From NCBI RefSeq assembly GCF_024521635.1, contig NW_026250422.1:682001-746000 (forward strand): a stretch of DNA of 64,000 nucleotides, in the 5' to 3' direction. The DNA comes from Tricharina praecox. Lineage: Eukaryota. This document shows positions 49,113-61,632 of the stretch, piece by piece. Under the pieces are notes generated by a model. That model did not search any database and was not told the origin of the DNA. It worked only from the letters and a program-made list of their open reading frames with translations. Position numbers and translations under genes: made by a program. How positions within the stretch are numbered: position 1 is the first letter of the stretch; every line of letters starts with the position of its first letter.

Positions 49113-51055
49113 ATGGGGAAACTCACGACGGTCACGGCACTCACGACGCTGCTGCTGCAGCTATGCACGGCCATCCAGCCCGAATCCCACAGCCCGCCTC
49201 CAAACCAGGAGTTCCGCGAGCTGGTCTGGGGCGACATCAACTTCCTGCACACGACCGACAACCACGGCTGGCACGCGGGCCACCTGCAGGAACCGCAGTA
49301 CTCGGCGGACCTTGGGGACTACATCTCGTTCATCAGCCACATGCGGCGCAGGGCCGAGGAGAACGGCGTGGATCTGTACGTCCTGGATAGTGGTGACCGC
49401 GCGGAGGGGAATGGCCTCTGGGACGCGAGTAATCCCAAGGGATACGTCACTAGAAGTCTGGTCAGGAAGTGGGATGTGGATATTCTCACGACGGGGTAAG
49501 TGATGTGGAGAGAAAGGGGATGAGTGTGTGTGGTGTGTGTGGCTGATGGGAGGTTGATAGAAATCATGAGCTCTACAACCGCACGACTGCGCTGCTCGAG
49601 CACCTCGAGATGGTCCCGTACTTTGGCGACCGCTATCTCTCGTCCAACATCGATATCGATATCGACGGCGCCTGGAAACCCTTCGCCAACCGCAGCTTGA
49701 CCTTCACCACGCCACGCAAAAACCTCACCATCACCGCGTTCGGCTTCATCTTCAACTTCACGGGGGCACACCCCATCGCCCGCGTCAAGCCCGTGTCTTT
49801 GGTTCTGAAGGAGCCATGGTTCCTTAAGGAAATCAGCAATCCCGATGTCGACATGTTCCTAGTCGTGTCGCATGTCGATCTTAACACCGGCGAGATGCAG
49901 GAGATCCATGATGCCATCCGCGCGGTCAACCCGGATAAGCAGATCCAGTTCTTTGGCGGGCACTCGCATATCCGGAATTTCAAGGTGTTCGACGAGAAGT
50001 CGAGCGCACTGCAATCCGGACGGTACTGCGAGACCGCCGGGTTCCTGAGTCTTTCCGGAAAGGGCTTGTGGCGCGGGAATAAGGATGCCGAGGTCAGGAC
50101 GAGTAGGAGATATATCGATTTCAATAGAGACGGGTTTATGCACCATTCCGGAACGGATGTGGAGACGTTTGATACGCTAGAGGGAATCCGGATGACCGAG
50201 GATATCACCGCACACCGACAGGACTTGCTGCTGAATGAGTTGATTGGGTGTGCGCCGCAGGACTTTTCGTTATCACAGTTAGTTGTCCCGTAATCCTCCC
50301 TCCTTCCACCGCTCCTAACATCCCGTAGCTCTCCCTACCCTAGCGAGTCCAACTGGTACTCCTACCTCACCACCACGCTCCTGCCCGTGATGGTCCGGAA
50401 CCCAAACCGTGCAGAGGTGCCTCACATGATCTTCATCAACGGCGGCAGCCAGCGCTTCGACGTGTTCAAGGGAGCGTTTACATACGACACGTCATTCCTT
50501 GTGTCCCCCTTCACCAGCCGCTTCCACTTCGCGCGGGACGTGGACTATTCCGTAGCCGAAAAGCTCCTGCAATGGTTCATCAACGACGCCTCGCCGTACT
50601 CGACCGCCGCCGCGGCGATGGGCGAGTCCCCGATCACGCCCAACACGCCGCTGCACCGCGTCCGCCGCCGCGAGCGCCAGCAGCACGTTCTCGGCATGGC
50701 CTACAACCTGACCAAGGGCTACACGACGTCCGACGCCTGGTCGGCCACCGATCCCGGCGACGACGTGGTGCACATCGGCACGCCGCGATATCCCGCGCCA
50801 AAGGTGCTGCAGTCCAACGCGGAGTTCCCCGCGGATGGAACCAAGCCGGAGAAGGTCGACGTCGTGTTCTTTGACTTCATTGCGGGGAGCGTCGCGCAGG
50901 CGCTTAATGATATCGAGGGAGGTGATAGGTGGAATAGAACTGGGTTTGAGATGTATATGGGATATGAGGATACCCTCACGAAGCTCATTTTGGAGTTTGT
51001 TAAGACCCAGTGGAAGTGCCCCGAGGCGGGCGAGGGCGAGGGGGGGCAGCTATGA
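49113..51055 (+). CDS. Secreted/vacuolar calcineurin-like metallophosphoesterase, 5'-nucleotidase-like (yeast YHR202W family; 2 introns)
   Basis: Signal peptide MGKLTTVTALTTLLLQLCTA; metallophosphoesterase motifs NFLHTTDNHGW, DSGDRAEGNG, TTG|NHELY and FFGGHSHIR; also SGRYCET, and C-terminal GYTT.D..DPGDD..H. Confidence 0.88.
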
Positions 51056-52858
51056 GGTGTGAGGTGGGAGGTGGGGTGTGCAATGAGGTATGAAGTATGC
51101 AGTGATGTGATGTGGGATGTAGAGTAGAGTATATGTGCGTTAGATGTACATAAGTACGGGGGCTTGGTGGTTTGGTGGCTTATTTGTTATATCGTTTTGG
51201 ATTTATCTTATAATTGTACTTACTGTATAATCAAGGGGGGCGAGGGGGATGGGATTTAGATGTTGATTTAGATGTTGAGAACGTTCGTGTACGCGGGAGA
51301 TGCTGGAGAGATCTGAGAGATATTTCAATAACGCTCTGGTTTATGTCACCAACGAGGGTAAAATGTGTATTCACCATCGGGAACGATTGAGCATGCGTGA
51401 ATACTATCCCCTACATATCCGCCGACTGTAGATTTGTTGCTGTGCATAGTATGCCCAGTTAGGAGGCGGCAGTGCGTCTACACAACCACACAGCTCACTC
51501 TCTCGATTAGTCTGGTTGCAGCTGTGTTGGTGGCAGTCACGATTGCTACCATGCCAGTCGCCGTCGGTGCCAATACCAGACAATGAGCAGCAGGACTGAT
51601 ACAGAGGTTATGAGGCAGGGACTCGAGCCACAAACAGGCAGTCATGTTGACTGTTGCAGACGGGGCACCGGCGGACTCTACTGCTACACCGGCGAATACT
51701 ACGACCAAGTCTAAGAAATCGATATTGAAGCGCTCAAAAAAAAACGTGAACTGCAGGACCAGAGTTTTTTTCAATCCAATGGAAAGGAAGGCGGAACATC
51801 CAATAAAGATCAATCTTCCGGAAACCATGAAGGCTGCGGAGATGGCGGCAACTGATTGGTTTTCAGGTTTTTGTGGCAGGAGCAGGAGCAGGATTGGGAG
51901 AATCTGGTGAAACAGACAAATGTGTAGGTAAGGTATGCCAAAAAAAACACAGAACTTTCAAGACTTATGGTGGAAGGGGTGGAAATATCGACTCGGAACT
52001 AATACTATAGAGGACGACCAGCCGGAACAGCCTTCTACCACTAGATTCCAAACACTACAAATTCACCTCTTCTATGTCCAGAAACCAGTACATTGTAATC
52101 AAATGATACCTTCATGTCTCCGATCAAACGAAGCCTATACAGATGCTGATTGGTACAAGAAAGTGGAGCCGCTCAATTTCTTGGTCAGAGAGTCAATGTT
52201 ATTGCATTGTGTCAGCGAGGTTACAACTACAACTGGCTCTTCTTTTTTTTGTTTCATCATCATAGCATTCGACCTTATCAGATCATGGCTGTACAAACAT
52301 CCGGTTCCACCTCACTGTCTCCGACCGCTGGCCGCGAGCTCGATGTGGGTTCCCTATTGCTCTCCGCCCGGCCCAAAACTGGCTCTTCCATTCATGTGTC
52401 GAAGGAAGGAACCGCATAACTTCATCGTCATCCTGAATTTGCGTCGACACAAGCCGCTGTGCACCTGTTTGCCCTTTCGCTTCCCTACATACCGGCAAGG
52501 CCACCGTGTCAACGTCTATATAGATAATCTCTCTACCGGTTGCAGTTCCATTACTCCTTAAGCTACGAAGTGACGATTGGTGAAATGGACCATATGAGAA
52601 TGATCGAGTGGCCGCATGTGATTCGGAAACTTCCGGCTTGGCATTGCGTGTCGCGTTTTCCCGACACGTGAGACTGGGGGCGTGAGTCGCGTCTACCAAA
52701 GTATCCCCACCTGCACATCATCGAGCACCCACGCCTCACCAGAACCACACCACGACCACGACCACGCACGCACACCAACTCAATCCGCACGACAAAAACC
52801 TACCACGCACGTCGAGTGATGAAGCAGCCGCCGCTCCCGGCGCACTACTAAACACAGC

Positions 52859-55800
52859 ATGTCGGTATCGCGGCGCAAATCGGGGGTGTACCCGAAGGGC
52901 GGTCCAATCGTTGGGGCAGGCGGAGGGGGCAGCGGCAGCATGCGGCCTCCACCCGCGCCGTTCTCGTTACGAGCGATGACGCCGGCGGCAGCACCCCAAA
53001 CACAAGCTCCAACGCAAACACAAGCACCACCGCCATCATCGATTGCGGTGATCGTACAGAACTACAGCAAGGCGGGCGGGGGCGGCGGGGCGGGCGGCGG
53101 AACGGGCGGGCTGCCGAACCGGGATGCGTTCCAGCAGCTGCTGGCGGAGATACTGGGGCCTGACGAGGGTGGCGCGGGCGGCCACGAGGAGGACGTTGCT
53201 ACCAACTATAAGGTCCTCCAGGTTGTTACTAGTGCCGGCCTCACGGTCCTGCTGGCGCAGGATGAGGATCCGTTTGCGGATTCCAGCGAGACGCTGAGGC
53301 AGGCAGGGAATAGTCTGCTCGTCATCAGGCTTACCATACAGAGGACTCCTGCCGTGCTGTTTTACTCGCCGCCTGTGGTATCCGCGGAGAATGCACAGCC
53401 AGATCAGCTGTTCCTATATCTCTGGCTGTTTCCGAGGCTGTTTCCGCTGCTGGGACATTACAAGGCTAGGCCGCTGGCGAAGGATCTGGTCGAGACGCTG
53501 GAGGCGATACTGTTTGCGGTCGGATCCTTGCCGCAGCATTGGAAACATCTTAGGACCGTTGCGGGGTACTTCCGCGGCTGCTTAAATTGTAATAACCATT
53601 TCTTTTCTCCATCTGTGTTGTGGTGTTGTGCAGTGTCTTTGGTTTCACGTGTGACTTGCTGCTGTTTTCTTCTGCTGCTGCTGCCTCATGGGGAATGTCC
53701 GCTGATTGGGTGCTCTGTGAAAACCTAAGGTATTGCCTCGTCGTTCCAAAGCCCCACGACGGTGAAGGACACTCTCGCGGGAATCTACGCGCTTGAGCTC
53801 CCGCCGTCTGACTTCAGCATGGACGGGTCGATCCGCAAGAACCTGCCCAAATTTGATCCGCGCACGATACGCTTCAGTCTGTCGGACACGGAGAGCGCGG
53901 CGCTGGTGGCAGTAAACATCTTTATCATCTTGGCACGGATTGTCGCCGCCGAAAGGAGGACGAGGCATCTTCCCGGCATCAGAAGCATCGCGGATCATTT
54001 CACTGCTGCGCAGCAGGGCCTGGCAAAGATTTGGGGCGTCATGATGGCCTCGTGGGAGTCGTTGCCGGTCATGCGTGAGAAGGCGGAGGGGACGTGTACT
54101 GAGATATTAAGGGCGGTGGCTACGGCGTTGGATCTACTAGCGGTGGAAGCGGGGGCGCAGACGCAGGGGAAGCTGGATGGACTGTACATGTTTGCCGTCT
54201 GCTGCGTCGTGGATACGCTCAAGCGCCCCGTTGAGCAGATGAGCCAGATCGCGGAACAGGCGGTCGCTGGGATTGTGCTGAGCTTGGTGGCGGTGGCTTC
54301 GGCGGACGGCGAGTCGCCGCTCGTCCAGGAGCTGCTCAACGATCGCGTTTTCTCGCCGGCGCTGGCGATGGTCTCGGATGAAGGGACCTGGAAGCTGCTG
54401 AGGCATGATATGCAGGTCGTCCTGTTAAGGCTCATACTCGACATCACGCAGGAGCGCACAGTGGTCACCAAGGCGAGGGAAGCGCTGAATGCTACCACCG
54501 GCGGAGAATGGAAATGCAAGGACGCCGCGCTGGACAAGAAATTGAGAGCGGTTCCACTACCGGTGCAAGAAGAGGTGGCAGTCGACGACGGTTACGGTCC
54601 TAGGAAGCGTCGGAGGCTCGTCCAGGATGAGATATCTACTCCAGAGGAATTGACGAAGTCGCTCGTACGTAAGGTGTATTCCCTGCTTCAGGATGGAAAC
54701 AGAGAAGCCGCCGGCGATCTCACCGGCCTCAAGAGCGCCACCGTGGATGGCTTCGGTAAAACATCCGAAAGTGATCGCTGCACAACCGTTCACACCATGG
54801 GACTCGTTGCATGTGCGTCCGCCGGTGATCTGGAGCGGACCGGAGCAGAGGGGGAGTACGTGTACAGATGTGGCTTCTGTGACTCCGATGCGCCATATCC
54901 CCGCCGGAAACGTGGCTTCGTGAGTGAAGCTGTGGCCCAGCTCCTGGATGCTCTCGAAGCTATCCACAAGATGGAGAAATTCGCGGAGTCCCCAGAGATC
55001 AGGGCGTGGGGTGTTGAGACCGTCAGACGCATGATGAATCATACGCAGGAAGCGGCGCATCTGAATATGGAAATCTCCGTTATGGGCGAGTGGTGTATGG
55101 GACTGCTGCAAAGCGGGAGGAGGGAGCTGAGGATTGCTGCTGGGTATGTGGTTTGCGTATGGGTGTGAACTTGCAGTGCTGATATATCCTAGTCGGGCGT
55201 TGCCGTCGTTCTTGAACTTCTCGCACGACGCCGATCTACTGTCGAAGAATAAGACCATCATTTTGGAGGGACTCACAATCCTGTCGACTGCCAATGATGG
55301 GCTTACGCCGGAAACAACAGTGCTTGCGTGGGGCCAGGTTGGAAGGTAAATTGCTCCGCGAACCGGATCGTGTGCATTGCTGACTTTGAAAGGGTGTCTG
55401 TGAATCAGGAATTGAATATGGTGCTTCTACGACTGATTGAGTACCTGGGATATCCAAATGACCTGGTGATCGGTGCGGCACTGAATGAGGTAGGCACCTG
55501 AATGGTGGTTGAAAAATGTGTTTCTTTCTGACAGATCGCCAGCTCGATGCATTGGTTCAAGCCCACGAGACCCAGCCACGGAGATTGGTCACGCCTTTCT
55601 GGCGCACCGTCAGCGTAATCGCAGTCAAGCAGCTCCAAACCAAGCCGCAGATCGTGCAAACACTGATCCAATTCATCTCGATGGACCTGAACGAGTTCCT
55701 GACACACACGCAAGCCTACACACTGCCGTATCTGGTCGTCCAGGGGGAAACCGATGTCATCCAAAAGATTGCACAAGCGTCCGGGAAGGATCGTAGCGTG

Positions 55801-58800
55801 CAGGTTACTTGCTACGATAACATTGCGTCGATCTTGCCGGTATTGCTTGTACAGGACGTCACCAACGTCGAGAAACATGCTATGCAGCAGCTCGAGGCTA
55901 TCTCGTCGGAGTTTAAGACATCGAGTCTGGCGGAGCTGGTTAGGCCGGATTCGTTGATGATTGCTGCTGAGCTTTTAAAGATGGCCGGGGAATGCCCGCT
56001 GGTAGAACAGGAGCAGAAGGAGAGAATTCACAAAGCTCTCAAAATCGTCTTCAAGTTGTCGTATAGGCCGGAAGTTCATACACCGGCAACCTCCAGCCGC
56101 AAGATGAAACCACCGCCAAATATCGACTATCTAGTGGACTTCTTTGAGACGCATGTTCTTGGACTCTGCACGCTGTTCAGCGACACGTTGAAGAATGCAC
56201 AAGGAAAATCCACCGACATGGAGAAGATCCGATGTCTGAAGGCAATCCAGGAGATGCTCAATCTCGCTTCCGGATCGGTGACGAGTGCACTACCGCAGAT
56301 CTGTGCATGCTGCCAGTCGGCGCTGGAGTCCGACGCTCTCCGCACGACCGCACTGAGGACTTGGTCGATAATGGTGGTGCACCTTGACGACGAGGACTTA
56401 GTCCCGCTGCTTTCGCAGACGTTTTCCATCCTCTTGCGGTATTGGTCGCTGTTTGATGATGAGGCATGCGAAATTGCCCGGAATATGATTGCTCAGATGT
56501 TTCAAGCTCGTGCTCCGGTGCTGGAGGAGTCGGTGGCGTTGATACCTTCGTTCGCTTCAATCCCCCTCCTGAGGAAGTTTGAAACCCGTTTGAAGAAATG
56601 GCGTGAGGGTGTCCAGCCACAGAAGCGGCTACATCAGCTTGCTCTCCGCTGCGGACACGAGAATGTCATCGTCGTGGAGTACGCGCTCGTCGAACTCAGG
56701 GACTGCATCAAGGAGAATCAGACTTTCATTCACACCTCTGGAGGGAACCAGCAACCGGATTCCGTGGTGACTGAGATGATACGGAGCCTCCTGGATGTCA
56801 TCGTCACCTTCAAAGATCCAGACCTACCGGCCAGGCCTCGAATCGAACGGCTATGTACGGAGTGTCTTGGCTTGATTGGCGCCGTCAATCCGAACATTGT
56901 CGAGTCGAGCCGAGTCAAGGAGGAGATGACGGTGCTTCACAATTTCACGCGAGCGGACGAGAGCGCGGCATTTGCCATGTTCTTCCTCGAGAAGATCGTG
57001 GTGAAGCAGTTTCTCTCGTCGCAGGATACGAAATCGCAAGGCTTCCTGGCGTGGTGCGCTCAGCAGCTGCTGGAATTCTGCCAGGCCACGAATCAGATAA
57101 ATCCTGTTCCGCGGAAGTCGCAGTCCACAATCAAATCGTCTGCGCAGAAACGATGGGATAACCTTCCGCCTGCGGCGCGAGAGACGCTGACGCCGTTCCT
57201 GAAGTCGAAGTATTCATTGAGCGGAGGGGTCCAGCGCGCGCCGTTCACTTACCCGCTGTTTAAGCCGGGCATAACGTTCAGGGAATGGCTGATGACCATC
57301 ATAACGGAGCTCCTGTGCAATGCCTCGGGGACAAATGCTAAACAGATCTTCGATGCGTGCGTAAGGATCTGCCGCGGGCAGGATATTTCCATCTCGAAGT
57401 TTCTGTTTCCTGTCGCCGTGCTGCATACGGCAATCGCGGGCTCGGACGCGGATAGGCAAAACATCACGCAGGAGTTCCTCGCGGTGTTGAGGCATAGGTG
57501 CGGGCCCTATGATACTACCAAGATGAAGGATACGCTGCGGCAGTGCATCGAGGTCATCTTCTCGGCGATCGACCATATGACCAAGTGGCTTCGTGACAAG
57601 CGGCAGGACGACCTGATCTCCAAGACGGCGGCTGCGAAACAGCAGAATAGACACTACTCCCTGGAAGATGATTCTGAGCTGAATCCTGCCATCCGCCGTG
57701 TCCGCAGCATCCTGGATGCCATACCTCCTGAGCTGATGGGAAGACGGTCACTCGAGTTCAAATCTTACGCCCGATCTCTCCTCTACTGGGAGCAGCACAT
57801 CAGAGCTAAGAGGAACGAACTGCGGGAGGATGAGATGGAACCGCTGTATGTCCAACTACAACGCATATACACGCACATCGACGAGCCAGACGGGATGGCG
57901 GGGATCTCGGCGAAGCTGCCCACGTTGGACATCGACCAGCAGATCCTGGAGCATCGCAAGGCTGGGAAGTGGACGGCGGTACAGAGCTGGTATGAGCTGC
58001 TTTTGGCTGAGAGGCCCGGCGATGTCAAAGTTCAGGCGGACCTCATCAGTTCTCTGCGGGACTCGGGGCAATACGATGCGCTGCTCCATCAGGTCGATGG
58101 GATGATGGCGACTTCGGCGCAGGCGCATACGAGATTGCTTCCGTTCGCGGTTGAAGCCTCGTGGGTAACGGGGAACTGGACCGCGCTGGATAAGTATTTG
58201 TCGAAATCCAACGAGCATACGAACGGCACGTACGATATCCGCATGGGTTACGCACTTTCGGAGCTCCGCAAGCAGAACATGGAGGCGTTCGTCGAGTGGG
58301 TCAACAGCGCTCGAGAAACGGTTGCCACCACGATGACGGAGTCGGCCACGGGAAGTATCCGGCAGTCCCACCACTTCCTCGTTCAGCTACATGCGCTCTC
58401 TGAGTTACAGAGCGTTAGTGAGGGTCTGCACCGGCCGGAGTTCGATGCGGGCGCGTTTACACGGTCCCTCGAGAGTCGGCTGAATCTCATGGGCACATAC
58501 CCTGCGGATAAACAGTACATTCTGGCGGTGAGGAGGGCTGCACTGCAGCTCTCGGGAAAGAATATGACGGATGAGATCATGTCGGCCTGGCTGAGCACTG
58601 CGAAGCTCGCGAGGAAAAATGATAATACCCAGCAGGCGTATAATGCCGTACATCATGCTACGCTGCTGAATCCGGCGCTGGCGACGATAGAACATGCAAA
58701 GCTCCTGTGGCATGAGGGTCAACATAAGAATGCCATACGCAATCTCAATGGTGCCATCGCGAAGAAGATCCTCGAGATTGGAACCGAGGCACCACTGTCG

Positions 58801-60891
58801 CTCTCCAAAAGCAGTACTCGGGTGTCGACGAACTCGAATCTCACGGTGACGACGGAGAGCCTCGAGGCGCAGCCGCAGCCGCAGCAGAATCAGAGGGTGG
58901 CGAGGGCCAAGCTGCTGCTCGCGAGGTGGCTCGAGGCCAGTGGTCAGACACATTCGACGGCGCTGCTCCAGAAGTATACCGACGCTACTCTGTGGTTTCA
59001 ACGGTGGGAGAAGGCACATTATTACCTAGGACGCCACTACAATAAGCTGTACGAGGCCGAAAAAGCTCTTCCACCGCAGCGACAGTCGTCAACTTTCCTG
59101 AGCGGTTCGCACGCAGTGCATATCGTGCGGAATTACATGCGCGCACTCGCGTTTGGCGCGAGATACATCTTTCAGACCATGCCGAGGTTGCTCACCGTCT
59201 GGATGGATCTCGGTGATGAGGTCAAGAGGCCATTGGATGCGGTTTACGGGACCGAGAAGTACAGGGAGCACATAGAAAGGTTGAGGGCGAAGCAGCTTAA
59301 GGATCTGCACAAGGCGACCGAGCGGTATCATCAGACTAAGCTGGGAGCATGGATGTTCTTCACTGCGCTGCCGCAGCTCATGTCGCGGATCATCCATTCG
59401 CACGAGAGGGTGTACGCGCAGATCCAGACCATCATTGTCAAAGTGGTCATGACGTATCCGCAGCAGTCGATGTGGTCTCTAATGGCCGTGATGAAGTCGA
59501 CGTCTAAGGAACGTTCGCAGCGCGGCCAGCGGGTGCTGACGCAGTTGAGGGAATCGCTGCCGAAAGGAAAAATCCCCGCTGGTACCATAGATACGAAGCT
59601 GCTCATCAATGAAGCGCGGAAACTGACGGATCAACTCCTGGACCTCTGTAACATGGAGCTCAGCAACCGTTTGGCTCATCTCAGTCTGAAGAAGGATTTC
59701 AAATTCCGCCACGAAGTGGCGCCGTGCCAGTTGGTACTTCCTACACAGGCGGTGCTCACTGTCACCCTCCCCTCGCCCACTGATACGATCGAGAGCCACG
59801 GACACTATGCGTTTGCGGCGAACCCTCCAACGATCAAGAGGTTCTTCGATGACGTTCACATCATGGCCTCGCTGCAGAAGCCACGCAAGATCAGTATAGA
59901 GGGCACAGATGGGCGGGTGTATTCCTTCCTCTGCAAGCCCAAGGACGACCTCCGCAAGGACGCACGACTGATGGAGTTCAACAACATGATCAACCGGTTC
60001 TTCAAGCGCGACGCCGAGTCCAGTCGGCGGAACCTCTACATCCGCACATACTCCGTCACCCCGCTCAACGAAGAATGCGGCGTGATCGAGTGGGTGAGCA
60101 ACGTTCAGACGCTGCGTGACATCCTGCTGTTCTACTACAAACAAAAGAACATCCACATAAACTACACGACCGCTCGCAAACTCCTCGACGAAGCCACAGG
60201 CGACATAAAGGATCCCAAGACCAGAAAGCCCCACATATTCTCCAACACGGTCCTCCCCGCGTACCCGCCCATCTTCCACGAATGGTTCCTCGAGATGTTC
60301 TCCGAGCCGGCCGCCTGGTTCGCCGCACGGCTGCGCTACACGCGCACGTCAGCGGTGATGTCCATGACCGGCACGGTGCTCGGTCTCGGCGACCGCCACG
60401 GCGAAAACATCCTGTTCGACCAGCTCAGTGGGGACACTGTGCACGTGGACTTCAACTGCCTCTTCGACAAAGGGCTCGGCTTCGAGAAGCCAGAGCGCGT
60501 GCCGTTCCGGCTGACGCAAAACATGGTGGACGCCTTTGGCGTCACCGGCTACGAGGGCGTGTTCCGCAAGGCCTGCGAGAGCGCAATGAGACTCCTGAGA
60601 CACAACGAGGAAACTATGATGACCGTCCTCGAGGCGTTCATTCACGACCCTAGCGTAGACATGGTAAAGCGTACGGGAAGCTCGAAGAAGGCGGCGAAGG
60701 CTCCGGATCTCCTCCCGTCCCCCGAGACCCCGAAGGAGATCCTCGAGAGCATACAGGCAAAGCTTAGGGGGCTTTGGGAATCGGATACCGTGCCGCTGAG
60801 CGTCGAGGGCCACGTCGAGGTGCTGATCAAGAAGGCGACGGACCCCGGGAATCTATGCGCGATGTATATTGGGTGGTGTCCCATGTTTTGA
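52859..60891 (+). CDS. MEC1: ATR/Mec1/Rad3 (UvsB) PIKK checkpoint kinase; 4 introns, then a ~5.3-kb last exon
   Basis: HEAT/UME region, FAT region (YARSLLYWEQHIR, IDEPDG), kinase SLQKPRKI..LCKPKDDLRKDARLMEF, LGLGDRHGENIL, HVDFNCLFDKG and PERVPFRLT, and FATC terminus NLCAMYIGWCPMF. Confidence 0.98.
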
Positions 60892-61521
60892 GCGGGATGG
60901 GGATGGGGATGTGGAGTTTGGCGAAATGCGGAGTGTTTTTTTATGTGCAGTTCCATGATTTTCTCAGTTTATGTGTCAGTTGCAACTTTCCAGGTATCTG
61001 TATATTTTCGACGATGAGAAGATTGTTACGATGGGCGGTCGGACTGGATTGAGTCTGTGGCGGAGTGGTGGTGGTGGTTGGCAAGGTGTAGAGTAAAAAG
61101 GCGGTACCCAACTGCCAATACGGCGGCAATAATAGGGCGGGCGTAATCAAGGGCCCTTTTGGTTGTGTTTCATGATTCATCGAGATTCGAATGTGGCCTG
61201 TCTACGGTACTCTATTCTGGATGATGACAATCCAGATTCCATACTTATCTCTGTCCTTCTGTCCGTCTGCACTGTATGTACAGTCCGGAATCCAGATAGC
61301 GAGCTCGGGTTGGTATCCTCTAGAGCAGTTAGGAACTCGGTACCACATACCAAGTATTTACATAGCCCGCCATGTCACCGGAGCCGCGTCACGCCTGCAA
61401 CGGTTTATGTGCCTACCCTACCTACCTTACTGTATATGCGTCTCGACTCTCGAGACTCGTGGCTGTGGTTGTGGTTGTGGTTAATCTTTCCCGTAGTTGC
61501 AACCACTTGGCACCGAGTGCT

Positions 61522-61632
61522 GACTGGCCGCTGGCGAGCTGTCAATTACTAGTTGGAGCTTGCCGACAAGCACCACGGAAGACTGGCCGCTGGCGAGCTG
61601 TCAATAATTACGGTAACTAGCTGGAACTTGCC
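61522..61632. repeat. Local direct duplication (25-bp identical core, 59-bp period)
   Basis: GACTGGCCGCTGGCGAGCTGTCAAT occurs at 61522-61546 and 61581-61605. Similarity continues (ACTAGTTGGAGCTTGCCG vs ACTAGCTGGAACTTGCCG) after a small insertion. Confidence 0.85.

Noticed and set aside
51935..52699. 208-aa (+) and 138-aa (-) ORFs upstream of MEC1
   Set aside because: No recognisable family and atypical composition. A lineage-specific or decayed gene cannot be excluded without a homology search.
4032..60956. Many long antisense or alternate-frame ORFs overlapping real genes (e.g. 4034-4669 +, 10207-10932 +, 30944-31795 +, 59479-60279 -)
   Set aside because: Shadow ORFs expected from high GC3 codon usage; they have no motifs and lie on top of well-supported genes.
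61509..61632. GGCACCGAGTGC (tracrRNA-like word) and a repeat-spacer-repeat look suggesting CRISPR
   Set aside because: Only two copies whose similarity extends through the supposed spacer, eukaryotic context and no cas genes; it is a simple local duplication.
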